Shown: positions 47,072 to 55,961 of the stretch, in pieces | Layout: the number at the start of each line of letters is the position of its first letter | Position numbering within the stretch: position 1 is the first letter of the stretch | Virus record (IMG/VR): IMGVR_UViG_3300013794_000014 | Coordinates: 77,060-141,059 of that record | DNA: 64,000 bases | Source: a virus | Direction: 5' to 3' (one strand) | The notes under the pieces: model-generated | The model's database searches: none | Told to the model about the DNA's origin: nothing | What the model saw: only the letters and a program-made list of their open reading frames with translations | Position numbers and translations under genes: made by a program

Positions 47072-47542
47072 TTACCTAATAAAGTAACGAGTCAATAAGT
47101 TATGTGAATTAACAACCTTTGGTATGGCAATACGTTCTTCAACGCCTTTCTGCTCTTCACCTAACAATTGATTGACAATCGCTTCATCACCAATTAATTG
47201 GAGTAGCAGCGAACGTAATACTCTCAATTCGTTTTGTAATACTGTTGACCATGTTCCTGGCGTCTTTTCGATATCGATAGCATTTGCTGCCCATGAAACC
47301 ATTGTAAGGTATTTGGCATATTCTGTGATACACTCTTCGTACAAATACTGAGTAATCGAGGACTTAATATTATTAGAATTAGAATTAGAATCAGGATCAA
47401 ACACACTGTCAATTAGTGTTTTAGCAGTCTCTAAATGCTTTCTAATGACGTCATCAGGTATTGAAATATCACCATCGTAGTCGATAAAATTTAGTTTCAA
47501 TTTAACCTTTTCAATTAGTTGATCTATTGAAAAAGTTGACAT
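47072..47542 (-). CDS. putative head-tail adaptor
   Basis: Directly after the MCP; helical, DDVIRKHLETAKTLID; start taken at MSTFS because the upstream extension is simple repeat. Confidence 0.55.
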   Translation of the reverse strand: MSTFSIDQLIEKVKLKLNFIDYDGDISIPDDVIRKHLETAKTLIDSVFDPDSNSNSNNIKSSITQYLYEECITEYAKYLTMVSWAANAIDIEKTPGTWSTVLQNELRVLRSLLLQLIGDEAIVNQLLGEEQKGVEERIAIPKVVNSHNLLTRYFIR

Positions 47543-47660
47543 AAGAATCCCAAAAAGAGTTTTATCAAATAAATAAATGGACAAATGATAGATAAACAAA
47601 CAAATAAGTAAGTAAGTAAATAAGTAAGTAAATAAGTAAATAAGTTGATAAGTCAATTAA
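47543..47660 (-). repeat. TTTA/CTTA simple repeats downstream of the MCP (possible U-rich attenuator)
   Basis: aataagtaagtaagtaaataagtaagtaaataagtaaataagt on the + strand. Confidence 0.55.
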
Positions 47661-47674
47661 CTCGAAACTCAAAT

Positions 47675-48565
47675 TTAACCGACTATGTCGTTGATCTTGA
47701 TTATTCTATAGGTTTTTCCGTCGGGATGTTTTGGATCAGGTATCACTTGGACATCAGACCTTACTCTAAACTTATAGGTAATGTTATCGTCTGTTTCTTG
47801 TATTCTTTCATATGGATTCTGTATGTTTTCATTGACGTGCTCTACCTTAGTGAGTCCATACGGATCGTTTTTTACCATCATTACCGCAACGTTATCGAGT
47901 AGTGGCGTGTACTTGATATCAGCGACATATTTCTTTATAATGTCTTCTATTGTTGTAGTTCTGTATCCACTGTCATATTCTTTGAAGTCAACTTTAAGTT
48001 CGATTGGCAAATACAAAGTTAGTTTGTCAAAGTCTTCAGGGGACCATACAATAGAATTCTTGATTTGCTTGACCATTTTCTTAATGTCATCTTCTATTTG
48101 GGCCGGATCTACAGCACCACTGGCATTAACCCAAGTTCCACCACTTACTTCATGTGCTTTCCCTAATACTTCATTTTTAGTGTCGTCTTCCAATGCTTTG
48201 ACAATTCCATCTTGAACGGCTTTAATTTGTGGTATTAAGACAAAAGCTGGATCTGCTATTTCAAGGTCCATTTTGTCAACGGTAAAAGCGTTTTGGTACG
48301 TTTTCAATGTATAAGTCACAGTTATTCCTTTGTCAAACTCAGTGTAATCGCTCAATGTAGGCTCAATTGCATCTGGTGCTACATAACCTCTAAATGTGCT
48401 AACAATCGGTTTTTTTGGTTTAACAAGTGGATTTTCTAAACTGTAAGATTTTCCTCTTATCTGTGCAACAAGTGCAGCATCGTCATAGAATGCTTTGAAT
48501 ACTTGTAAGTTTTTAACTCTAAATTCAACTAATTTCTGTTGAACCGGAGCTGTTATAATTGCCAT
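47675..48565 (-). CDS. major capsid protein (HK97-like fold inferred)
   Basis: Gene order protease/scaffold - decoration - MCP - adaptor; 296 aa; GAGGTGA SD. Confidence 0.7.
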   Translation of the reverse strand: MAIITAPVQQKLVEFRVKNLQVFKAFYDDAALVAQIRGKSYSLENPLVKPKKPIVSTFRGYVAPDAIEPTLSDYTEFDKGITVTYTLKTYQNAFTVDKMDLEIADPAFVLIPQIKAVQDGIVKALEDDTKNEVLGKAHEVSGGTWVNASGAVDPAQIEDDIKKMVKQIKNSIVWSPEDFDKLTLYLPIELKVDFKEYDSGYRTTTIEDIIKKYVADIKYTPLLDNVAVMMVKNDPYGLTKVEHVNENIQNPYERIQETDDNITYKFRVRSDVQVIPDPKHPDGKTYRIIKINDIVG

Positions 48566-48631
48566 CGTTAATCACCTCAATTTGATTTAATTAATTAGTT
48601 TAATTTCAGTTTCCAATTAGTTCAGACTAGT

Positions 48632-49012
48632 TTAACAGATTATTACAGTTAAAATGTCATCCTCAGTAGCAACAACATCCTCAGCGGCATAGGCTACAAC
48701 AGTATCGTTGGCACCAGCTATTTTCAGTTTTCCAGAGCCGGCATCAATAGTTAATCTAGTACCTTTTTTATATGTGCCCGCTTTTACAATGGCTTTTGCG
48801 ACACCTTTATGTATTACAACAAGTGGACCAGTGGTTGCCTTTACTCTTAGTGTTTCAACGTCTGGTTCCATTCCTGGCATTGCAATACCAAAGAATTTTG
48901 CGGCATCGTCACATTTAACGAGCTTTCCGTCATCGTCTATTTGAACTGCGGTAGGCTGCTCAATTGGTTCTTTAGCTTCAAATACAACTGATACTAAACT
49001 TTGAGTGAACAT
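48632..49012 (-). CDS. capsid decoration/cement protein
   Basis: 126 aa; AVQIDDDGKLV, FFGIA, VVIHKG, VVAYAAED pattern; directly upstream of the MCP. Confidence 0.65.
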   Translation of the reverse strand: MFTQSLVSVVFEAKEPIEQPTAVQIDDDGKLVKCDDAAKFFGIAMPGMEPDVETLRVKATTGPLVVIHKGVAKAIVKAGTYKKGTRLTIDAGSGKLKIAGANDTVVAYAAEDVVATEDDILTVIIC

Positions 49013-49040
49013 TTAAATCACCTTTGTTTATTTGTTTTGT

Positions 49041-50078
49041 TTATTTGTTGTTATTATTGTCATTTACATTTATATACATGTTTATAGCAGATTCCCACGT
49101 AGATAAGTCGATATCAACCGTTTCATTGGTATTAGTATCGGTATTAGTATTGGTATCGGCACTAGCACTAGCAGAGAATTCGAGTTTCTCTTGCTTTTCA
49201 TCACATTGTACTTGTGATTGTGACAACTTTATTTTGTTCAATAAGTCTAAGAGTTTTTCTAACATTTTGATCCTTAACTCTAAATCTTCTGGTAAATCAG
49301 AGAAATCGGCATTAGGCAATCTTCTTCTAATCTCGTTTTCAAGTTCGCGCACTCTACGTTCATATTCACGCCTCCTGTATCTGTTTTCAAGATCCTTGTA
49401 TCTTCTGTTAAGATCATCGTAATCTTTATTTTTCTGTTCAAGCTGTCTTTGTAGTTCATCGATTTCTTTTTTAAGTTCATTGATTTGTTGTAAAAGTTTT
49501 TCGTTAGTGGCCTTTAACTCTTCAAGTTGATTTGTTAGATCTTCAATAGTTTTTGCAGCTTCACTAAGTTTCACTTCATATTGTTTTAATTCAGGAGATG
49601 GATACTTAAACTGTGCTAAAAATTTTTCTACAAGTGCAGCTATATTTTCAGCGTTTTCTATACCGTTGTCTTCTAGAAACTTTTGAAGTTCAGTTTTTAA
49701 CGAAGACATAGCAATCACCCCTTGTATACGTGCATTTTCGATGGCTGGATGTTTTGTAAGTGCAAGTCCCGTTATTATGTACCCATCCGACGTCCTTATG
49801 AGTTCGGCAGACACGCCCGGATTTTCAGACATTAGAACTTGCATAACAGTAGGGTCGAATACATAGCCATCAAAACAAAGTTTGTTGTTCGTTGTATAAA
49901 AACGGGTGGCAAACCCCACAATCGGACCGTCATGTTCATAGTAGATAGGTACAACGTCTGAGACAGCGAAATTGTCAGTTGGTTGGAACACAACCCTATT
50001 CCCATGTCTATCAACATATGAACCTGGTTCAATTAGTACACCTGTAACATAGTAATGTTTTAACTTTCGGTATAACAT
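49041..50078 (-). CDS. prohead protease fused to coiled-coil scaffold
   Basis: PIYYEH...VG, GVSAE and GLALTKHPA protease-type motifs followed by a long heptad coiled coil. Confidence 0.75.
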   Translation of the reverse strand: MLYRKLKHYYVTGVLIEPGSYVDRHGNRVVFQPTDNFAVSDVVPIYYEHDGPIVGFATRFYTTNNKLCFDGYVFDPTVMQVLMSENPGVSAELIRTSDGYIITGLALTKHPAIENARIQGVIAMSSLKTELQKFLEDNGIENAENIAALVEKFLAQFKYPSPELKQYEVKLSEAAKTIEDLTNQLEELKATNEKLLQQINELKKEIDELQRQLEQKNKDYDDLNRRYKDLENRYRRREYERRVRELENEIRRRLPNADFSDLPEDLELRIKMLEKLLDLLNKIKLSQSQVQCDEKQEKLEFSASASADTNTNTDTNTNETVDIDLSTWESAINMYINVNDNNNNK

Positions 50079-50085
50079 GGTGCGT

Positions 50086-50916
50086 TCACCTCACGCCCAA
50101 ATAATAATACTCTTTAGGAGCTTTTAACAGATTGATATCAAGTGCCACTTTTGATTCAAGTTTATCTAAATGATCTCGAATCTGGTAACGTCCTTTAATT
50201 AGTGCAAATGCGTTTTCATAAAGAGGATGTCTGTCCACTGTATACCATTTCCCAGTTTTCGTATCTTTTAGTAGATAATGTCCATTAAGTTCAGTTGACG
50301 ACTCGTACAAGTCAAACGTCCCTGATAATTCACCGACGTACTGTAATTCATTGTCTGAATAATCGACATTTTTTAGTTTCCATGAAAGTACAGAGAATGG
50401 CGTTCCAGTGTCTTCAAAAGGCAAATATCTGAAAATGTATGTGGAATCTGACCAATAGTCTTTGACACCATATTTGGTTTTTACTTCGTCAAAAGAAATT
50501 TTAATTGAATAGATTCTGTCTTCGAAAATCTCGTAAGTGCCCTCTGCAATCTTCAACATAACTTGTGAATATGTTGTATCAGAAAGACGCTTCATAATGA
50601 CGCCATCAATTTTGAACCACTCAGTACTGCCCATTGATTTACGTAGTCCAAGACGTCTTTGACTTGGATCCTTGAAGTATTTGTCCCATTGTTCGAGTTT
50701 ACTTTTAGCATATTCAATACGTTCTTTGTCTACGTCTGCTTCTGTTCCTTCCAATGTACCTTTGTCAACAAACTGTGTAAAACCGAAGAAAAAACTTTTG
50801 TACTTAGGATGTTGAAACCTATAGTCTAAATGTACTGATGATAATTTTTGTCCTCGAAAATGAGCTTGGATAACGAATTTGTTATTGTTATTGTTATTGT
50901 TATTGTTATTGGACAC
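50086..50916 (-). CDS. LigD 3'-phosphoesterase (PE)-like protein
   Basis: FVIQAHFRGQKLSSVHLDYRF resembles FVIQKH...HYDFRL; RRLGLRK...WFKIDG resembles KRLAV...YxxFEG. Confidence 0.6.
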   Translation of the reverse strand: MSNNNNNNNNNNKFVIQAHFRGQKLSSVHLDYRFQHPKYKSFFFGFTQFVDKGTLEGTEADVDKERIEYAKSKLEQWDKYFKDPSQRRLGLRKSMGSTEWFKIDGVIMKRLSDTTYSQVMLKIAEGTYEIFEDRIYSIKISFDEVKTKYGVKDYWSDSTYIFRYLPFEDTGTPFSVLSWKLKNVDYSDNELQYVGELSGTFDLYESSTELNGHYLLKDTKTGKWYTVDRHPLYENAFALIKGRYQIRDHLDKLESKVALDINLLKAPKEYYYLGVR

Positions 50917-50958
50917 TTTTGATCACCACATAATTTGATCACCACGTATTGATTACCA

Positions 50959-51438
50959 TTACCGCACTAACTCTTCATATTTTTCTAACATCTTCTCTTG
51001 ACATTTTGGGCATAAGAAAGGTGTAACCTTATTCAGGAACTGTTCAATAACCGCTACGTTAACTTGCATCATATTGTTTTGTATTACAACCGTTGATTGG
51101 CGAACCCTTTTCAGTTCATCGAGCGTTTTCGCAGATTTTCGAATTCCATCTGCAATACTAAGTTTCAAGTTGATGCGTTCCTTTGGGTCAGGTTCATCTA
51201 ACTGTGAGTATTCTAGGAAAAGATCTTCAGTAAGTTGGTACAGTGCTAATGATGGAGAAAAGTTATACTGATCCTCATATTCTTTAAGTAGTTCTTTGAG
51301 GTGTATGACGACTAAATGCGGTTCTATTCCAATTAACATAGCAAATTCTTCAAGAGAAATTTCTTTGTTGAAAAATGCTTCATAAGGGTTTTTACCTTCT
51401 TTCTGTGTTTGCATTATGTTAAGCATATGAATCACCAT
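50959..51438 (-). CDS. hypothetical protein, possible terminase small subunit
   Basis: First gene of the morphogenesis operon; helical, then TVVIQNN strand and CPKC; positional guess. Confidence 0.3.
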   Translation of the reverse strand: MVIHMLNIMQTQKEGKNPYEAFFNKEISLEEFAMLIGIEPHLVVIHLKELLKEYEDQYNFSPSLALYQLTEDLFLEYSQLDEPDPKERINLKLSIADGIRKSAKTLDELKRVRQSTVVIQNNMMQVNVAVIEQFLNKVTPFLCPKCQEKMLEKYEELVR

Positions 51439-51533
51439 GAGTGTTAGTTTGTGTTTACGTTTACATTTACCTTTATGTCCAATTTAGTTTTAGTATTCAA
51501 TTACTACTTATTAAATAGAGGTGTGGTTTGATA

Positions 51534-51550
51534 TATTTAAATCTATCAAT
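51534..51550 (+). promoter_or_regulatory. TAYTTAARTNTAYMAAT motif copy
   Basis: TATTTAAATCTATCAAT; related copies at 62621-62637(-), 62652-62668 and 63161-63177. Confidence 0.45.
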
Positions 51551-51572
51551 ATATGGATTTTGGAAATTTCCG

Positions 51573-51613
51573 GATCGGTTTAAAGGAGGGGTCATTTACC
51601 CTACTCACCGATC
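51573..51613. other. imperfect GC-rich stem-loop at the late/pre-early divergence point
   Basis: GATCGGT...GGGT-CATTT-ACCC...ACCGATC. Confidence 0.45.
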
Positions 51614-51641
51614 TATTTGAAAAATCGAGGTATCCCCCCAA

Positions 51642-51662
51642 CCGTCGACACACCATTCAGGC
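51642..51662 (+). promoter_or_regulatory. putative viral-RNAP pre-early promoter 1
   Basis: CCGTC-GACACACCATTCAGGC, upstream of ORF 51681. Confidence 0.65.
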
Positions 51663-51680
51663 AGTAAAAGCATATGTGGG

Positions 51681-51905
51681 GTGAAAACTATGGTAGATAA
51701 GAACGATCAGGAGCTTGTCCGTGCTATCCAACTCCTTAATAAGAGGCTCGAGCGCCTTGAACGTAAGCTCGAGTCTTATAGGAAGGAGGAGGATATGATG
51801 GAGCGGTTCCTGGAAAAGTACCTGGAGCGCCAGGAGCGCTACGAAAAGTGGACCTTCGTCCTCGAACTTGTTACGAGGATGTCAAGGCCTCCTCGCTTCA
51901 GGTAA
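51681..51905 (+). CDS. small coiled-coil pre-early protein (visibly higher GC)
   Basis: GGGGTGA SD, probable ATG 51690; charged heptads. Confidence 0.7.
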   Translation: MKTMVDKNDQELVRAIQLLNKRLERLERKLESYRKEEDMMERFLEKYLERQERYEKWTFVLELVTRMSRPPRFR

Positions 51906-51906
51906 A

Positions 51907-52008
51907 TTACCTTTATTTTTTGTTTTGTTTTAAGGTTCCGACATTTAGTCTTTTTGACCCATTTCTTTTTATTTCACTTAAATAGCCTGGCTGGCATCCG
52001 ACATGCCA
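51907..52008 (+). terminator. T-tracts followed by TGGCAT-CCGAC-ATGCCA hairpin
   Basis: Long T runs after the stop; perfect 6-bp stem at 51992-52008. Confidence 0.5.
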
Positions 52009-52074
52009 AATGACAAAAGAAAAAGAAAAAAGAAGAAAGAAAAAGCAAAAAGCAAAAGAAAAAATAGACAAATA

Positions 52075-52094
52075 CCGTGACATACCCTTCAGGC
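52075..52094 (+). promoter_or_regulatory. putative viral-RNAP pre-early promoter 2
   Basis: CCGT-GACATACCCTTCAGGC, followed by a GAGTAGTCC-TCATT-GGGCTACTC hairpin. Confidence 0.65.
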
Positions 52095-52184
52095 GAGAGT
52101 AGTCCTCATTGGGCTACTCGATGACAATTGTAAACTATAAACTATAAACTACCCAACATTAAAAACTAAACGGGGTGAAAACCT

Positions 52185-52475
52185 ATGGTAGTACCTAACA
52201 GCCCAAATACTAAACTACAGGGCGTCCTAGCCACTATGAGAAGCATCTTGGAGAAAGCAGAAACCAAACTTGATTACATGGACGCCTGTATACCAGAAGA
52301 GTTAGAGCAACAGATTATATCAGCATGTGCTACATTAGCAGGAAATTTAGTAATAGCACTTTGCCCAGAATGTGGTTTCGACTTTGGAGATCTCGACGAC
52401 GACGACGATGAAACCAATGATGAATTACTAGATTTAGAATTAGAATTACTTGCAGATGAAGAGGAGGATGAATAA
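52185..52475 (+). CDS. acidic pre-early protein with CPEC motif
   Basis: GGGGTGA SD; highly acidic C-terminus. Confidence 0.7.
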   Translation: MVVPNSPNTKLQGVLATMRSILEKAETKLDYMDACIPEELEQQIISACATLAGNLVIALCPECGFDFGDLDDDDDETNDELLDLELELLADEEEDE

Positions 52476-52527
52476 CCTCCTCGGATACTATTACAATCTA
52501 CTTTTGATAAATTGAAAAGGTGAAAAG

Positions 52528-52671
52528 ATGAAGTGGGAGATTGTAATAATAGAGAACGAAAATGAAATAGAGTTTGTCAAATATGATGAAGAAGACTACT
52601 TGGATTGTCCAGAATATGGAGATTTCGTAACAGAAGACGGTAAAATACTAAGATTCGGGGAAGACGAATAA
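52528..52671 (+). CDS. 47-aa acidic protein (not in ORF track)
   Basis: AAGGTGA SD; MKWEIVIIENENEIEFVKYDEEDYLDCPEYGDFVTEDGKILRFGEDE. Confidence 0.65.
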   Translation: MKWEIVIIENENEIEFVKYDEEDYLDCPEYGDFVTEDGKILRFGEDE

Positions 52672-52717
52672 GTCTTTCCCCTATTCATTTTTTTTCTAAA
52701 AAAACTATGGTGGTAGC

Positions 52718-53080
52718 ATGCAAAAGGTAGTAACAGATATTGTTGAAATATTAATTGAAAACCTGGCTTACCTACAAGAATTAGATGAAAAACAAAAGAA
52801 ACTAGAAAACGAATTGATTCAAGCACTTAAGGACTTAGGATTCGACTACTTCGTTGCAACAAAACGTCCAGGATACAGACGTGAATACAGAATATTGGAC
52901 AACGAATGTTACGAAATAACCTCCTATGATGAAAACGGATGGATAATAGTCAATATCGTACAAAAAGATATTGCAACATACATTAAAGACATAATAGACG
53001 CTTTAGAATTCCAAATAGAAATGCATGAATATTGTGAACTACAACACAAATTAGAATGTATATTACAAGACTACAAATAA
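52718..53080 (+). CDS. hypothetical pre-early protein
   Basis: 120-aa ORF with GGTGG SD. Confidence 0.7.
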   Translation: MQKVVTDIVEILIENLAYLQELDEKQKKLENELIQALKDLGFDYFVATKRPGYRREYRILDNECYEITSYDENGWIIVNIVQKDIATYIKDIIDALEFQIEMHEYCELQHKLECILQDYK

Positions 53081-53159
53081 ATCTGGGAGGTGATCCAAGT
53101 GGCAAAGAATCAGTACCAGTATCAGTAACAGTAACAATAACAGTAATAGTAACAAGTAA

Positions 53160-53325
53160 CCCTTCTACTTTACTTTGCTATTATTACCTTTACCTTTACC
53201 TTTATTTTTTCTGAGTATAAAAACTAGAACTTTCTTTTTTTTTCATTTTTAAATCCATTTTTTAAAACCCACTTATTGAATTCAGCGCATCCTACATGCG
53301 TCTAATTTCACCCATCCGACATTGG
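53160..53325 (+). terminator. T-tracts followed by two CC(T/G)AC-loop hairpins
   Basis: CGCAT-CCTAC-ATGCG at 53286-53300; imperfect CCCAT-CCGAC-ATTGG at 53311-53325. Confidence 0.5.
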
Positions 53326-53342
53326 CATTAAAATTTGGAAAG

Positions 53343-53362
53343 CCGCGACACACCCTTAAGGC
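53343..53362 (+). promoter_or_regulatory. putative viral-RNAP pre-early promoter 3 (upstream of the RNAP-2 operon)
   Basis: CCGC-GACACACCCTTAAGGC followed by GGGG-TTT-CCCC. Confidence 0.65.
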
Positions 53363-53419
53363 GGGGTTTCCCCAAAATAATAGACAAAATAAATAACAAT
53401 AGAACGAGGTGAATAGAAT

Positions 53420-54022
53420 ATGCAAATTGCAGCTACAGATCTTAACACAACTACATACAAAGTAAGACAACCAGATTTCGGATTAATGTGGAGAAACAAA
53501 CAAACCGGCGAATTCATAAGAATAGGACATACACAATACTTAGCATTACATAAAGTACCAGTTGACAACTGTATACCAACAAAACTAGCAGCACTAGGCA
53601 TTGTACTAGAACCTGAAGAATATAAGACAATAACCAAGATATTCTTACAACATGAAAAGTATGGACAAAACCCAGAACACGCAATAGATCAAATTATACA
53701 AATCAAGAAACTACTCGCAATAAAGTTCCCAGTAAGAAAAGCAGTACTTAGATACTATCCATTCTGTCAAATAGATTTGTTAACACCAGATCAGTTAGCA
53801 TTCATGAACGTTACATTGAAAACCGACATAGAATACGATGCTTACGTCCTCTTCATGACAAACTTATTCACTGAAGAATTCCTAAGACCAGTATTCTTGC
53901 AAGAAGGTGTATCAGACGTTCCAACATTTACATTCGGTGCACAAAGCCAAACAAATGTAACTGCCAATGAAGACGCAGACCTTAAGCAATCATTATTAGA
54001 ACTAATTAGACAACAGAAATAA
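53420..54022 (+). CDS. hypothetical pre-early protein
   Basis: 200 aa; GAGGTGA SD. Confidence 0.75.
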   Translation: MQIAATDLNTTTYKVRQPDFGLMWRNKQTGEFIRIGHTQYLALHKVPVDNCIPTKLAALGIVLEPEEYKTITKIFLQHEKYGQNPEHAIDQIIQIKKLLAIKFPVRKAVLRYYPFCQIDLLTPDQLAFMNVTLKTDIEYDAYVLFMTNLFTEEFLRPVFLQEGVSDVPTFTFGAQSQTNVTANEDADLKQSLLELIRQQK

Positions 54023-54149
54023 CAGAAATAACACAATGTAACATAACATAACATAATATAACATAATATACATACTTTCCTTCCTTTCCTTTTATTTTTA
54101 CAATTAATGACATTTTCACAACTAATGACATTTGACAAAGGTGGTTACC

Positions 54150-54608
54150 ATGAGAATCATCAAAATAGAAAACCCAATATATACACATGTTAAAACCTTA
54201 CCTGCAAACGTTATATCACGCATATTACTTGACCTACGAATTCTGTGTAGTGGATACAATGAACTCGGTATAACGGCACAATCAAACATTGCATACGAAA
54301 TCTATGACTTACTTGAACGTGACGAAAAAACATATTTGTTCAACGTCACAAACTTCGACCCAAACCTACTTTCGCAATGTACAGATAACATTCGAAGAAA
54401 TTCAACAAAACCTGCCTACCTTGTCTACAACCACTTAGAACGCCTAGAAGTTGAACAATCTATGTACCTAAAGAAGTTCTTACCAATATATCCTGAAAAC
54501 GACAACTTATTCTTACGTCAATGCTTACAATCTATAATAGAAAACATAATGGAAAACAAAAACAAAAATAAAAGAGGTGATAACAATGCAAACTTTAGGT
54601 GGGAATAA
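54150..54608 (+). CDS. hypothetical protein upstream of RNAP-2 (possible accessory subunit)
   Basis: AGGTGG SD before ATG 54150; overlaps the start of the beta'-like gene. Confidence 0.65.
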   Translation: MRIIKIENPIYTHVKTLPANVISRILLDLRILCSGYNELGITAQSNIAYEIYDLLERDEKTYLFNVTNFDPNLLSQCTDNIRRNSTKPAYLVYNHLERLEVEQSMYLKKFLPIYPENDNLFLRQCLQSIIENIMENKNKNKRGDNNANFRWE

Positions 54609-55956
54609 CAACACATACATAAAAGAAAAGATTCAACAGATAACCTCAGATAAAAGAGTCCAAAGAATAATAGAGGTTTGTAGACAACTTAATAGAGCCG
54701 ACACCGATAGACTCATAATGATGAACATATCATTATCTGATAAAGAATGGACAGAGATATTCAAAGATGCAGTAGACAAATTGACAAAAATACATGTACC
54801 AACAATATACGGTAAAGTTGTCCAAATAGACTATGAAAATCTTGTGATGCTTCCAATAGAAGACAAAAACCGTTACAAAGTACTTGTCCTAGAAGAAAAA
54901 GACAATATGCTCCAAGTAACCGACATAAAAGACGCCAATAACTTCGAAGAAAATGAACTATTAGCATTAGTTGGTAGACACCCCTTCGTAGATACTCTCG
55001 GATGGATAATGACAAAAGTAACATTCAGTAAGGAACTCAAAGAAGTCATAGGAATTGGACAAAAAACATGGAAACAAAGAGGTGGAGACTTCGACGGAGA
55101 TGCAGCAATGATCATATTGCTTAAGTTACCAAAGAAATACTATGACAAATATGTACCAGAAGTAACTAGAAGCACATATAGATCACATGAATACATTAAG
55201 TTACCGAAGAAATCCAGTAAAGCAGTAATCAGCATAGAGTTCAACGACTTAACAATACCGAAGGTTGAATTCCACTATGTAAAAGACAACAAATGTAGAA
55301 TCTTTCCAGAATCCATAAGTCATTTGCAAAACTTAGAGACGTTAACTGGTGCTATACTCATGGCAATCAATATAGCGACAAACTATCGTGTCAAATGGAC
55401 TAAACAACAATTGAAACGTAATACAGAAATGCTCATAACAGCAATAAAACAAGAACTACAAACATTGAAACAAAGAAATCCACAGTTATTTGCAAAATAC
55501 GCAATAATCTTCAGTAAAATACATCCAACATTTCTACAAATAGTGACACCATTACTGTTCATTGACAACATCGACCTAGAAATGTACCAAGCAATACTAA
55601 GAGTACACATAAAAGACAAAGGTCCAAGTCTATTCGGATACCTTGAGAAAGTCTTCTTGAGTGTTGCACAAACCAGAGAAGACATTGAACGCGTACTTAA
55701 GTACATATCGAAACATCAACAGAAAGTCATTGACATGAAGAAAGCAGAACATTCACTATTAGACTACAATGAAGCGTTGATAAGTAAGAATAAAGAACAA
55801 CTAAAAGAATCAGAATTAAAAGACTTGTATGAAAGGTGGAAAAATGTAGATGCAAACTGGAGTAAAAACAAATGGCAACTCCTAGTATACGGAAAAACAA
55901 ACGACATAATAGACTTACTTGCTGCTATAGTCCATAAAATCTGTTATGAGAGGTGA
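54586..55956 (+). CDS. minimal RNA polymerase beta'-like catalytic subunit (RNAP-2)
   Basis: LVGRHP (RxP) followed about 35 aa later by QRGGDFDGDAAM (codons 55087-55101). Confidence 0.8.
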   Translation: MQTLGGNNNTYIKEKIQQITSDKRVQRIIEVCRQLNRADTDRLIMMNISLSDKEWTEIFKDAVDKLTKIHVPTIYGKVVQIDYENLVMLPIEDKNRYKVLVLEEKDNMLQVTDIKDANNFEENELLALVGRHPFVDTLGWIMTKVTFSKELKEVIGIGQKTWKQRGGDFDGDAAMIILLKLPKKYYDKYVPEVTRSTYRSHEYIKLPKKSSKAVISIEFNDLTIPKVEFHYVKDNKCRIFPESISHLQNLETLTGAILMAINIATNYRVKWTKQQLKRNTEMLITAIKQELQTLKQRNPQLFAKYAIIFSKIHPTFLQIVTPLLFIDNIDLEMYQAILRVHIKDKGPSLFGYLEKVFLSVAQTREDIERVLKYISKHQQKVIDMKKAEHSLLDYNEALISKNKEQLKESELKDLYERWKNVDANWSKNKWQLLVYGKTNDIIDLLAAIVHKICYER

Positions 55957-55961
55957 TCCGA

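Noticed and set aside
47543-47656. hydrophobic N-terminal extension of the adaptor ORF (similarly ORFs 58119..58471 and 62580..62684)
   Set aside because: Translation of simple T-rich repeats; better starts exist downstream.
53099-53128. 9-codon ORF MAKNQYQYQ behind a strong SD as a leader peptide
   Set aside because: It runs into simple repeats and is more likely a gene remnant; no further support.
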